A DNA stretch of 64,000 bases from Planctomycetota bacterium (lineage in GTDB: Bacteria; Planctomycetota; PLA2; JAEUHO01): the NCBI GenBank assembly GCA_965222115.1, contig CBDCTJ010000007.1, forward strand, positions 2,304,001 through 2,368,000, read 5' to 3'. The notes below the pieces were generated by a model. That model was not told where the DNA came from and made no database searches. It saw only the letters and a program-made list of their open reading frames with translations. Below are positions 1-9,422 of this stretch, piece after piece (within the stretch, counting starts at the first letter, position 1; every line of letters starts with the position of its first letter). A program made the position numbers and the translations under genes.

Positions 1-1348
1 TCAGCGCGCCGGCCTTATAGCGGTCCATCTTCGTCCAGGAAGGACCTGGCTCTGTGTGCTTCACCAGCCACGGCTTGATTGCATCGTTCTCTTTGAGTTT
101 CGAAAGTTCCGACTCCGCCGTCATCCATACCAAGCCGTGGGCATCGTCGTGCTCGTCGAGCCATGCGAGTGTCCTTGCCACACCCTCTTCGCCTTTGGTC
201 AATGTTGCCGCCACAGCACCAGGTCCTAACTCGGGCCCCGCGTCGGATCCCAGCGCGGCGCGTTCCTTGCTTGTGGACCATGCGCCCCACGCATTGCGAT
301 TACCGAGCTTTGCTAATGCGATGGCCAGCCGTTCCTTTAGACGCGCGTCTTTCTCACGCTTGAACTGCGCTGCCAACGCGTCACGTGCGCTCGATTTCCG
401 AGGCTCCTCCGTTCGTTTCGAAAGTGCCCCGATGGCAAGTTCTGCAACCTTGGGACCGTCGTGTCCAAGCAAGGAGGCCAACGTCAACTCTACATCATCG
501 CCCTCGCGCGCACTGAGTATGCGAGAGATGAGGTCACTGACGACTCGCGGATCGGCGTGTTTGGCCAGTGCGAATACCGGCGCATGGGACGCAGCCGACA
601 GCTTCTTAGGCAGCAAGATCCCGAGCGGTCGAACGACGGCCATCGTGCGCTTTGCATTGGCGTCTTTGAGGTGGGGGAGCAGCGCTTCGCAAAGAGCACT
701 ATCTCCATCCCATGCATCGTCCTCTTTCTTAGCCGCCTTGCGATGGGCACCGGCCAACATCCAAACCGCAAACTCCGCGGCGTGCCGTACGACGTTGTGC
801 TTTACGCCCATCATGGGTATTACGGATTTGAGCACCGAGGCATCTTTCGAGCGTGCAAGCCCCAAGAGCGCGCCGCGGGCAACCGCAGCATCGTTTGACT
901 TCAACAACGGTACAAGATGCTTCGCGATATCGCTTGCACCAGTCCATCCCATTGCCTCCGCGGCTGCAGCAACTGCACTTGGCGACTTCGATTTGAGATG
1001 GTGCTGAATCGCCTCCGCAAGGTCCTTGCTCTGTGCGATGCCCGCGCACCACAGCGCCGCGTCCAAATCCCCGGCAGTCTTGTGTCCTGCGCGTAGATAG
1101 GTATTGAGCATGGATATCGCCTGAGGATCGTCTTCACCGATACGCCCCAACGCACGCAAGGCATAGAGGCGCGACAGTGGATGCGCATCGGGCGTCAGAT
1201 GCGCTTTCAATGTCTTTGCACCGTGTCGACGCATCTCAACCGCTAGGATCGCCGCACGCTCTTCAAGCGGGGCGGGCGGCTCGGCAAGCGCGAAATTCGG
1301 CGCATAAAGCACAGCCAGAAGGAGGAACGTTCTGCAGGCGTATGACAT
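1..1348 (-). CDS. Secreted HEAT-repeat protein, 3' part runs off the window start (not in the ORF track)
   Basis: Manual translation gives an open minus frame from ATG 1348 (GGAGG RBS upstream): MSYACRTFLLLAVLYAPNFALAEPP...RLYALRALGRIG...AAAAEAMGWTG...ARGALLGLARS. Signal peptide plus HEAT-like helical repeats, no stop before base 1. The + ORF 54..1007 is its shadow. Confidence 0.75.
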   Translation of the reverse strand, partial: MSYACRTFLLLAVLYAPNFALAEPPAPLEERAAILAVEMRRHGAKTLKAHLTPDAHPLSRLYALRALGRIGEDDPQAISMLNTYLRAGHKTAGDLDAALWCAGIAQSKDLAEAIQHHLKSKSPSAVAAAAEAMGWTGASDIAKHLVPLLKSNDAAVARGALLGLARSKDASVLKSVIPMMGVKHNVVRHAAEFAVWMLAGAHRKAAKKEDDAWDGDSALCEALLPHLKDANAKRTMAVVRPLGILLPKKLSAASHAPVFALAKHADPRVVSDLISRILSAREGDDVELTLASLLGHDGPKVAELAIGALSKRTEEPRKSSARDALAAQFKREKDARLKERLAIALAKLGNRNAWGAWSTSKERAALGSDAGPELGPGAVAATLTKGEEGVARTLAWLDEHDDAHGLVWMTAESELSKLKENDAIKPWLVKHTEPGPSWTKMDRYKAGAL

Positions 1349-1500
1349 CAATCGACCTCCGACGCTAGACTAGTCGGGTTGAGGCGCCTCACCGAGCTAT
1401 GGAACCATGGCGCCCAGGCTCGCGCCGTACGTGTGCGGCGGCGCGTGCGCTCAAAACAATATGAAACCACCCGCGGGAAGCGGGCGTTATGAGGTGCACC

Positions 1501-3207
1501 ATGCGGGACGTATCGAACCAAGGCATCGTGTTTCAAGACATCGAGGCGTCGGCGCCCGATCCCGAGGGGCTTGTCGATCAGTATGCCAAGTTGAATGCGG
1601 CCTATGACGAGGCGAAGGACGCCGCGGAGCGTGAGAAGGCCGTGGCTGCTTGGGACGCCCTGCGGCGGAGTGTGTCCACGTGGCATTCGCTTGTGGGACT
1701 AAAGTTCAACCAAGACACGCAGGATGCCGAGCGCAAAGCCGCACTGGATTTTCGCAACGAGTTGGCCCCTAAAATTCAGGAGCACGATCTGGCGTTTATT
1801 CGCCGCGTGGTCTCGGGTGAACATGCGGGCGAACTGTCTTCCAAGTACGGGCGTCAACTGTTGGACTTGTGGGATTGCCAATCCGCATCGTTCGATCCCG
1901 CAATCGAAGAGGAACTCGTAGCCGAGTCCAAGACGGCTTCCGAATACGTTGAACTTACCTCGTCGGCTCGATTTGAGTACAAAGGCGAGACCCTCACGCT
2001 CTCTGAGTTATCCAAGTACCGCGAACACAGCGACCGAGACGTGCGTCACGAGGTCAGCGGAATGTCGTGGGGATGGTTTGAAGACAACGCCGAGAAGCTC
2101 GATCAGATCTTTGATCGACTCGTTGGGCTTCGCGTGACGCAGGCCAAGGCGCTGGGTTACAAAAACTTCGTTGAGCTCGGCTACAAGAAGATGAGCCGGA
2201 TCGACTACAACCAAGACGACGTCGCGCGCTACCGCAAGGCGGTCAAGGACTTTGTGGTTCCGCTGTGTTCCGAGATTCGCGAGAGTCAGCGAAAGAAGCT
2301 CGGCGTGGACAAACTCATGGCGTGGGACCTGCCGGTCCACGACCCGAAAGGCAATCCCAAGCCCAAGGGCGACTATGAGTTCATGGTCAAGCAGGCCCGT
2401 GCCATGTTTGATGAGATGGGCGGGGGCCTTGGCAAATTCTTCCGCGTCATGTCCGATGGCGAGCTCATGGATCTCAAATCGCGTAAGGGCAAAGCGGGTG
2501 GGGGATTTTGCACGAGTTTCCCCAAGTACGGCGTGCCCTACATCTTTGCCAATTTCAATGGCACCAAGGGCGATGTGGAAGTGTTCACGCATGAGATGGG
2601 ACACGCGTTTCAGTGTTGGTCCAGCTCCGACGACCGGATCATGGACACGATTTGGCCCACCTACGAAGCCGCCGAAGTTCACTCCATGAGTCTTGAGTTC
2701 TTGACGTGGCCCCACATGGAGAAGTTCTTTGGCGATGATGCCGAGCGTTTCCGCAAACTCCATCTCACGCAATCGCTGCTCTTCTTGCCCTACGGTGTGG
2801 CCGTGGATCATTTCCAACACCTTGTGTATGAGCGTCCCGATGCAACGCCCGCCGAGCGCCTTGCCCTGTGGAAAGACATGGAAGCTACGTATCTGCCCGA
2901 GTGGGATCACGGCGACCTCAAGCGCGCTGCCGACGGCGGACTCTGGCAACGTCAACGCCATATCTATCGTATGCCGTTTTATTACATCGATTACACGCTG
3001 GCACAAGTGTGCGCGTTTCAATTTCTGCGCCTGTCGCGCAATGATCCCGACGACGCCATGGCGCGCTACGTGAAGCTCTGCAAGCGCGGCGGCGAGGCAC
3101 CCTTCCAGGAACTTGTGCGTTCAGCGGGACTACGCAGCCCCTTTGATGACGGCTGCTTAGAAGATGTCGTAACCACGGCACGCGAAGCGCTCGGTGCCTC
3201 CGTCTGA
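1501..3207 (+). CDS. M3 family oligoendopeptidase (PepF-like)
   Basis: HEMGH zinc motif, GKAGGGFCT, EVHSMSLE, YYIDYTLAQ. Start placed at ATG 1501 after GAGG. Confidence 0.9.
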   Translation: MRDVSNQGIVFQDIEASAPDPEGLVDQYAKLNAAYDEAKDAAEREKAVAAWDALRRSVSTWHSLVGLKFNQDTQDAERKAALDFRNELAPKIQEHDLAFIRRVVSGEHAGELSSKYGRQLLDLWDCQSASFDPAIEEELVAESKTASEYVELTSSARFEYKGETLTLSELSKYREHSDRDVRHEVSGMSWGWFEDNAEKLDQIFDRLVGLRVTQAKALGYKNFVELGYKKMSRIDYNQDDVARYRKAVKDFVVPLCSEIRESQRKKLGVDKLMAWDLPVHDPKGNPKPKGDYEFMVKQARAMFDEMGGGLGKFFRVMSDGELMDLKSRKGKAGGGFCTSFPKYGVPYIFANFNGTKGDVEVFTHEMGHAFQCWSSSDDRIMDTIWPTYEAAEVHSMSLEFLTWPHMEKFFGDDAERFRKLHLTQSLLFLPYGVAVDHFQHLVYERPDATPAERLALWKDMEATYLPEWDHGDLKRAADGGLWQRQRHIYRMPFYYIDYTLAQVCAFQFLRLSRNDPDDAMARYVKLCKRGGEAPFQELVRSAGLRSPFDDGCLEDVVTTAREALGASV

Positions 3208-3491
3208 ACGGATCGCGTGCGCCGGTAGTGGGTTGACCTCACGCAGAGACGCCACGATTCAGAGGCGCAGTGGGAATCTCGCCGATCTGCCATGAGCCTT
3301 GGCGTTACGTCCCTGCGCCCCCGCGCTCTTCGCGCCCTTGCGTGAGGTAGATTGCACCCAACTTAGACGCGTGTGGTTTTTGTCCGTACTCCGCATCGCG
3401 CATTTGCATAGTCTGTACACCCTTTCCCAAACCTGAGCCGCCGCCGTTCGTTGTGTAAAGGAGTTAGGGACTCAACAGATTCTGGGCTGGC

Positions 3492-5312
3492 ATGCCACAC
3501 TTCGAGGAGACTCGCGTGACGCGTCATCTATTTGTTTCGATACTTGTACTTGGCTCCTTGCTTGCACTTCCTGGTGAACTTGCAGAACGCGCACACGCCG
3601 AAGAAGGCGACGAGAAGACCACCAGTGAGCTCACGCTAACAACAGACCGCGTGGTGGTCTTCAAGGATGGCTACAGCCTCTTCGTTCGTCGCGGTACGGC
3701 GACAGCCGATGAGCATGGCGATGTTCATACGTTTGAGGTTCCCGATGCCGCGGTGCTCGGAACGTTCTGGGCATTCTCCGCTGATGCAAAACTGTTGGGT
3801 ATGAAGGCGGAAGTCGTCACCACAAAGTTGGAGAACACGGAGACGTCCCGCGCCGTCTCGATGGTTGATCTTCTGCGTGCTAATCAGGGGAATTCGATCA
3901 CCTTACGATTCGATCAAGATAAGAGCGTGACGGGAATCATTGCCGAGGTCTTGGACCGCGCCGTACGAACTCAGCCCGAGCGACTACGCCGTCTGCAACC
4001 GCCATCCCAGCCGTCACCAACTGTCAGTGAGCGCGAGATTCACACGGAGGGAGGTCAGTTTGTGCGCTTACGCGAAACACCCCGCGGCGAGTTGGTGTTG
4101 CCCGTAGCATCGATCCGCACAATCTCCGCAGCGAGATTGAAGGTCGAGTCCAAGCGTGTCTTTGAGTCCAACGTTGCGCGCAAGCGTCTCACGGTAGCGT
4201 TGGGAAGCGATGCGGCCGGCAAAGACGTTACGGTGCGGCTGCTCTACTTTGCGCCGGGCCTACGGTGGATTCCCAGTTATCGGGTTTCGGGTGAACTCAA
4301 AGACGAGGCGAACCTCGCACTTCAAGGCGAGGTGCTCAATGAGGCGCTAGATCTTGAGGACGTGGCGTTGGATCTCGTTGTTGGTGTGCCCCACTTCAAG
4401 TTCCGCGAGACCGTTTCGCCCCTAAGCCTTGAAACTCACCTTCGCAACGCCTTGCAACGCGCGGCGCCACAGCTCATGGGTCAGATGGCGAGCAATATGT
4501 CGCACACACAATTCCGCACACGCGCGGGCGAGGTTCATGTACCGCGTTCCACAACGACGATGGACATTGCACCGGAACTTGCGTCGGGTGGCAGCAACGA
4601 CCTCTTCGTGTATTCGATTCCCAAACTCAGTTTGACGCGCGGCGGTCGGGCAACCATTCCGCTATGGCAACAGAATGTGCCCCTGCGTCATTTGTATACC
4701 CTCGACATATCCCTGGGGCGCGACGCCCGCGGCGGCAAGACATTTGTGCGCGGAGGCCAAGTCTCCGGGCGCGGTCGCACGACGGGCGACACACCGATCG
4801 ACACCGCCAATCACGTGGTTTGGCACCAACTTGAGCTTAGCAATCAGAGTGATGTGCCCTGGACCACCGGCCCCGCACTCACCATGCGCGGCTTGCTACC
4901 GCTTGGCCAAGACATGTTGACCTACACGTCGGTGGGGGAGAAATCGCTTCTGCCCCTCACTGTCGCCATCGACGTGCGTGCCGACTACACCGAGGAAGAG
5001 GTCAATCGCGAGGCCAATCAACTCACGTGGAGCGGCAAGAAATACGCCCGCGTAACGAAGCAGGCCACAGTAAAGATCAAGAACTTCCGCGGCGAGAACA
5101 CCACGACGCGCATTCGCATAGGCCTTGGTGGTCGCGTGACGACGGTCTCCGACAACGCCAAACACGTCGTCAACGACTTCCGCAGTAGTGATTGGACCCG
5201 CTCCGGCTACGCCACCCGCGTCAACAATCATAGCGATATCGAGTGGACCATCGACCTCACCGCCGGCGAGACCAAGGAGCTGACGTTTACTTATGAGTTT
5301 TACGTCCGCTGA
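3492..5312 (+). CDS. DUF4139-like secreted protein
   Basis: Signal peptide, VVVFKDG N-terminus, LRWIPSYRV, LDLVVGVPHF, C-terminal LTAGETKELTFTY. Start may be GTG 3516. Confidence 0.6.
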   Translation: MPHFEETRVTRHLFVSILVLGSLLALPGELAERAHAEEGDEKTTSELTLTTDRVVVFKDGYSLFVRRGTATADEHGDVHTFEVPDAAVLGTFWAFSADAKLLGMKAEVVTTKLENTETSRAVSMVDLLRANQGNSITLRFDQDKSVTGIIAEVLDRAVRTQPERLRRLQPPSQPSPTVSEREIHTEGGQFVRLRETPRGELVLPVASIRTISAARLKVESKRVFESNVARKRLTVALGSDAAGKDVTVRLLYFAPGLRWIPSYRVSGELKDEANLALQGEVLNEALDLEDVALDLVVGVPHFKFRETVSPLSLETHLRNALQRAAPQLMGQMASNMSHTQFRTRAGEVHVPRSTTTMDIAPELASGGSNDLFVYSIPKLSLTRGGRATIPLWQQNVPLRHLYTLDISLGRDARGGKTFVRGGQVSGRGRTTGDTPIDTANHVVWHQLELSNQSDVPWTTGPALTMRGLLPLGQDMLTYTSVGEKSLLPLTVAIDVRADYTEEEVNREANQLTWSGKKYARVTKQATVKIKNFRGENTTTRIRIGLGGRVTTVSDNAKHVVNDFRSSDWTRSGYATRVNNHSDIEWTIDLTAGETKELTFTYEFYVR

Positions 5313-5401
5313 AACGAGCATTGACTCCGATTCGGATCCTGTAAGCTAAGCTTACGCGCATCGAGCTGCAGCGCTTGCTAGTTCCGCTAGGAGTCTTGAC
5401 C

Positions 5402-6238
5402 ATGCAACCATTTTCGGCCGGCGGGGTGCTTGCCCGTGCAGCAGTCGCCATGGTGCGAAACGCGCCGCTTTTGCTGATCGCGAGTGCACTTGTCTTAACA
5501 CCTTTGGTGCTGTGGCGAGTCGCCACCCTGCCTTCGTTTGAAGAAGTTGAAAAGCTCCTCGCCTACTATGAGTCGATAAAGAGCGTTTTCGACAAGCCAC
5601 CGGCAGAAATCGAAGCCTTGATCTGGCGAAGTGCGAAGGCCGACGCTATTTACTACGGCTTGCTTGTACTGTCTGTGACGTTGATTGCAGGTCTCGTTGC
5701 CCGACCCATTCGGAGTTCACTTTCAACGACAGCCTCTTGGCTCGACGACAACAGCGATACGCCAAGTGGAGACATGCGCGCAACAGCGGTTCGATCCGGT
5801 TCGAACTGGCTCACGCTTGTTCCCCTTCTGCTCCTACTCGCCCTCGTTATCACGCTGGGTGTAATTGCCGGCACTGCGTGCTTGCTCATTCCTGGCATCA
5901 TGATTCTCACGGCGTGGTTCGTCGCGGCACCTGCAATGGCCGTTGAGAACAAGGGTATCGCCGATTCGTTGAGGCGCAGCGCACAGCTTACGCGTGGCGC
6001 TCGTTGGGGCATATTCGGGATCTTGTTTCTCTCTCTAGTCGTCAGTCTTGTTCTCTCGCTCGTAATTGGTATGGCTCTGGGTCCGATTCACGCCGGTAGC
6101 TACAACACGCATATCTGGACACCGATCGCGCTGAATCTCGTACTCGTGATTTTCGGTGCCGTGTGTCAAGTTGTGGCCTATCACGACCTTGTCACCCTTA
6201 AGGAGGGTCCATCGGCACCGCCTTCGGTGGGTTCATGA
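5402..6238 (+). CDS. Multi-pass membrane protein
   Basis: Several hydrophobic helices; LIPG...WFVAAPAMAVE...SLRRSAQLTRGARW pattern. Confidence 0.65.
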   Translation: MQPFSAGGVLARAAVAMVRNAPLLLIASALVLTPLVLWRVATLPSFEEVEKLLAYYESIKSVFDKPPAEIEALIWRSAKADAIYYGLLVLSVTLIAGLVARPIRSSLSTTASWLDDNSDTPSGDMRATAVRSGSNWLTLVPLLLLLALVITLGVIAGTACLLIPGIMILTAWFVAAPAMAVENKGIADSLRRSAQLTRGARWGIFGILFLSLVVSLVLSLVIGMALGPIHAGSYNTHIWTPIALNLVLVIFGAVCQVVAYHDLVTLKEGPSAPPSVGS

Positions 6239-7194
6239 TGAATAGCGAATCTGTTGACTGCAGAGACTGCCTGCTGCGGCGCGCGGGTTTACTTGCCGTC
6301 GTCATGGGCATAGCCGTTGGACTCTTTGCCTGCGGTCGGCCCGATATTCCGAAGGCCAAGCCGTTGGGTCCGGAGGCCTACCAAATCGACGAAGGCGACC
6401 GACCCCAAGCGGGCGAATTTATTCGCTATAAGCCCGCCGATGTACGAGCAGGGGGGCTAGACATCGCATGTATTCGATACGCCCCGACGTCTGGCAAGGG
6501 CCCGGATGTCCTTTTCGTTGGCGTCGTCCATGTGGCCGATGAAACGTATTACCGAACTATTCAAAAGGTGTTGGACGCCTGCCCCACGGTGCTCTATGAG
6601 GCCATCAAACCGCCCGATGTTTCCGTCGCAGATTGGTGGAATCAGAGTCAGGCACACGGGAAAGGGTTGCAAGCGCAGCTCGCGGGGTGGTTTGGATTTA
6701 TCTATCAACTCGCGGCTATCGACTATAGCCATCCGCGATTTGTCCATTGCGACATGACGGCGGAGGAGTTTCAACGCGCCGGAGGGCACGACTTGGTCCC
6801 CGGCCTTGAGCGCCAAGGCGACGTTTCTCAGAAGGTGGGCGGCGTGCTCACGCGGATTCGCTCATTGGGTGACTCGGTACTCACACCCGACAGTCCGCTC
6901 TCGTCCATCGGTCGCACCATGTTCGCAAAGACACTCGGTGCCCAGGATCTTGCGGAGACGCTTGATATGTTTCCCGGCATGGCCGATCTGATTCTTCACA
7001 AACGAAATGACATCGTGATCGAGCGATTGGGCGAACGTCTCGAACGATCGTCCGCGAGTGACGGCCCCATCGCCATTTTTTACGGCGCGGCCCACGGTGA
7101 GGGAATCGAGCAGGGGCTTCGAGAACGTTACAACTACGAACGCATTGACGCCACGTGGTATCGGGCTTGGGCGACGCGTCCACCCATTCGGTAA
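6235..7194 (+). CDS. Hypothetical lipoprotein, TraB/GumN-like
   Basis: Lipobox LFAC; VGVVHVAD, LYEAI, RNDIV and IFYGAAH motifs; overlaps the upstream stop (ATGA). Confidence 0.55.
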   Translation: MMNSESVDCRDCLLRRAGLLAVVMGIAVGLFACGRPDIPKAKPLGPEAYQIDEGDRPQAGEFIRYKPADVRAGGLDIACIRYAPTSGKGPDVLFVGVVHVADETYYRTIQKVLDACPTVLYEAIKPPDVSVADWWNQSQAHGKGLQAQLAGWFGFIYQLAAIDYSHPRFVHCDMTAEEFQRAGGHDLVPGLERQGDVSQKVGGVLTRIRSLGDSVLTPDSPLSSIGRTMFAKTLGAQDLAETLDMFPGMADLILHKRNDIVIERLGERLERSSASDGPIAIFYGAAHGEGIEQGLRERYNYERIDATWYRAWATRPPIR

Positions 7195-7249
7195 ACCCAC
7201 GATCGGCTTATACCTCGTGAGCCCTGCGCAGCAGTACCCTTGATTCAGA

Positions 7250-8206
7250 CTAGCTGCCAGACGCTCCGTCATAGGTTCCGTCGGTCAGCTCAAGGAACTT
7301 GGATTCGAGTGTGGCGCCCTCGTGGAACGCTCGAATGACAAGTCCGTAGTCGGTTGTCAAGAGCTTTTGAATCTGGTGCAGTGCTTCGGCTTTGTCCTCG
7401 GGTGCGATTGAGTTGAGCGACACATTGAATTCGGTCGTAGACGTTGCGTCCACAGACTTGACAATAGGCAATTGCAGAAGTGCCTCGTTCGCGGCATCTG
7501 GCAACTCCGACATCAGGGATATGCGCAGGAGTACGCCCTCGGATGTGAGCTCCGCCATTGACGCGGCACGAACGAGCTTCCCTTGGTGCAAGACGACGAT
7601 GTGGTCGCAGATGTCTTGGATTTCTCGCAAGTTGTGACTGCTCACCATCACAGTCTGATCGCCATGGTACGACGTCATAAGGTCCCGCATTTTGCGCGCG
7701 TTGTCTGGGTCCAGCCCCGCCGTTGGCTCGTCCAAAAAGACGACTTCCGGGGTACCGATGAATGCCTGGCAAAGCGCTACACGCTTAAACATGCCGTGAC
7801 TGAGCGTTGCTGCGCTACGCCCGGCGATTTCTCGCAGCCCGACCAAATCAAGCGCCTGCACGGCCTGCTTGCGCGCCTCACTCAACGAGGCGCCTCCGAG
7901 CCGCGCGAACATGACCAATTGTTCGACAACCGGCGCGCCGCGTTGAAAGGCTGCGTCCTGAGGCAACATGGAGAACCGACCGCAAAGTTCGCCAATCGTT
8001 GACACATCGACGCCCAGCACGCGTACGGTCCCTTGGGTGGGGCGCAAGAATCCGGCTGCGATCGAAAACAGTGTAGTCTTCCCGGCGCCATTGGGACCAA
8101 TCAGTCCACACAACGCGCCGCGCGGCACATCAAACGATACATCGTCCAGCGCGCGCGACGCGCCAAAGTGCTTGGACAGTCCTTGAAAGGAGACGGCCGT
8201 TTCCAT
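7250..8206 (-). CDS. ABC transporter ATP-binding protein
   Basis: Walker A GPNGAGKTT, signature LSHGM, Walker B FLDEP, H-loop SSH. Start METAVSF coupled to the upstream stop (TAATG). Confidence 0.9.
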   Translation of the reverse strand: METAVSFQGLSKHFGASRALDDVSFDVPRGALCGLIGPNGAGKTTLFSIAAGFLRPTQGTVRVLGVDVSTIGELCGRFSMLPQDAAFQRGAPVVEQLVMFARLGGASLSEARKQAVQALDLVGLREIAGRSAATLSHGMFKRVALCQAFIGTPEVVFLDEPTAGLDPDNARKMRDLMTSYHGDQTVMVSSHNLREIQDICDHIVVLHQGKLVRAASMAELTSEGVLLRISLMSELPDAANEALLQLPIVKSVDATSTTEFNVSLNSIAPEDKAEALHQIQKLLTTDYGLVIRAFHEGATLESKFLELTDGTYDGASGS

Positions 8207-9105
8207 TACAAATCTCGCCGATGAAACGCTCGTATTCCCAAAAACAAGAAAAACGCGGTCATGGCCAACAGCACAGTCACGGCCACAAGCCTTGTCATCA
8301 TATCGGGTGAGAGCGAATCGTATTTCCAACCCCAAGGCAGAAGTCGATCAAGCCAGGCTTGGTCTCCGGGGATTTGGCCATTGAGATATTTGAGGCCGAT
8401 TATTGGGATGCCGACCGCCAAAAGACACATAACTAGTGATGCCACCGATTGGCCGCTCGCGGATGATATCCATCCGCAGAGCGCCAGATAAGGAAGCGAA
8501 AGAACGAGGCACGCCACATAGCCCTGGAGAACCCAGGCAAGAATGTTTCCGAAACCATAGATTTTAGAGAACTTTAGGCCCACAAATACGAGCATCACAA
8601 GAAACAGTATCGTGCAAGACACGAAGAGCGATTTGCATGCACCTAGGAATCGCCCAACGTACACGTTGACCCGTTCAGTCCTCAACAGGAGATAGCGCAA
8701 GCCCTTACTGCCGATATCGCCTGCGGTTTGGTTGTAGCCCGCGGTGCAGGCGACAAACGGGAAGAACAACAGAAAGATCACCAAGATAGCGCTCACAAGC
8801 GCAGGCTGTTCTCTCAGCATATATTCCGTTTGGCGTGGGTCACCCGTTACAAATGCCATGGTATCGGAAACGAGCTCTTCTTTGGCGACCTTGTCGATTT
8901 GCGCTAGCGTTTCCGCTTCGTGGTGTCCTGCTTCGCGCCCCTTTTGTAAGGCCATGTCGATGGGCATGATGAGTGCCGACATGATGATGATGCCCACAAG
9001 CAAAGTGGCGAGAAGTGAAGCGATTCCACCTGTTGTGCGGTACGTAAACTTCGACCAGTAGTGGGAGACGAGGCGCACGTGCCGCCAGCGAAGCCCGGTT
9101 AGCAT
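8206..9105 (-). CDS. ABC-2 type transporter permease
   Basis: About 6 TM helices, GLRYLLLR motif, adjacent to the ATPase. Start trimmed to ATG 9105 to avoid the tRNA. Confidence 0.75.
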   Translation of the reverse strand: MLTGLRWRHVRLVSHYWSKFTYRTTGGIASLLATLLVGIIIMSALIMPIDMALQKGREAGHHEAETLAQIDKVAKEELVSDTMAFVTGDPRQTEYMLREQPALVSAILVIFLLFFPFVACTAGYNQTAGDIGSKGLRYLLLRTERVNVYVGRFLGACKSLFVSCTILFLVMLVFVGLKFSKIYGFGNILAWVLQGYVACLVLSLPYLALCGWISSASGQSVASLVMCLLAVGIPIIGLKYLNGQIPGDQAWLDRLLPWGWKYDSLSPDMMTRLVAVTVLLAMTAFFLFLGIRAFHRRDL

Positions 9106-9255
9106 CGATTGCGCCAAGGCAAGTGTCTCCCGGTGGAGCCGACAACGAAAAACGGCGAGACGGACGTAGGCACGTGCCTTAGAACGACGTCGGAACGAAG
9201 CCTCCGACCCATGGGTGACATCGCCACGGGTATAGAGAAAACGGGCAAGCAACAA

Positions 9256-9329
9256 TGGAGGCACCGTCCGGAATCGAACCGGAGTACACGGATTTGCAAT
9301 CCGTTGCCTAACCACTCGGCCACGGTGCC
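9256..9329 (-). tRNA. tRNA-Cys(GCA)
   Basis: GGCACCG acceptor, TGGCCGAGTGG D-arm, anticodon GCA, GGTTCGATTCC T-arm, encoded CCA. Confidence 0.95.
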
Positions 9330-9422
9330 ACGTTCGCGCTCGGAAAACCGAGCAGGTCCGATAGGAAACAACGGCGTTCGGGCGAAGGCAAGATCGGCGT
9401 AGGCGGCGCCGCTAATGTTCAT

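Noticed and set aside
54-1007. 317-aa + strand ORF
   Set aside because: Ser/Ala-rich antisense shadow of the minus-strand HEAT-repeat gene.
9106-9315. N-terminal extension of the ABC permease ORF
   Set aside because: It overlaps tRNA-Cys; ATG 9105 is the more plausible start.
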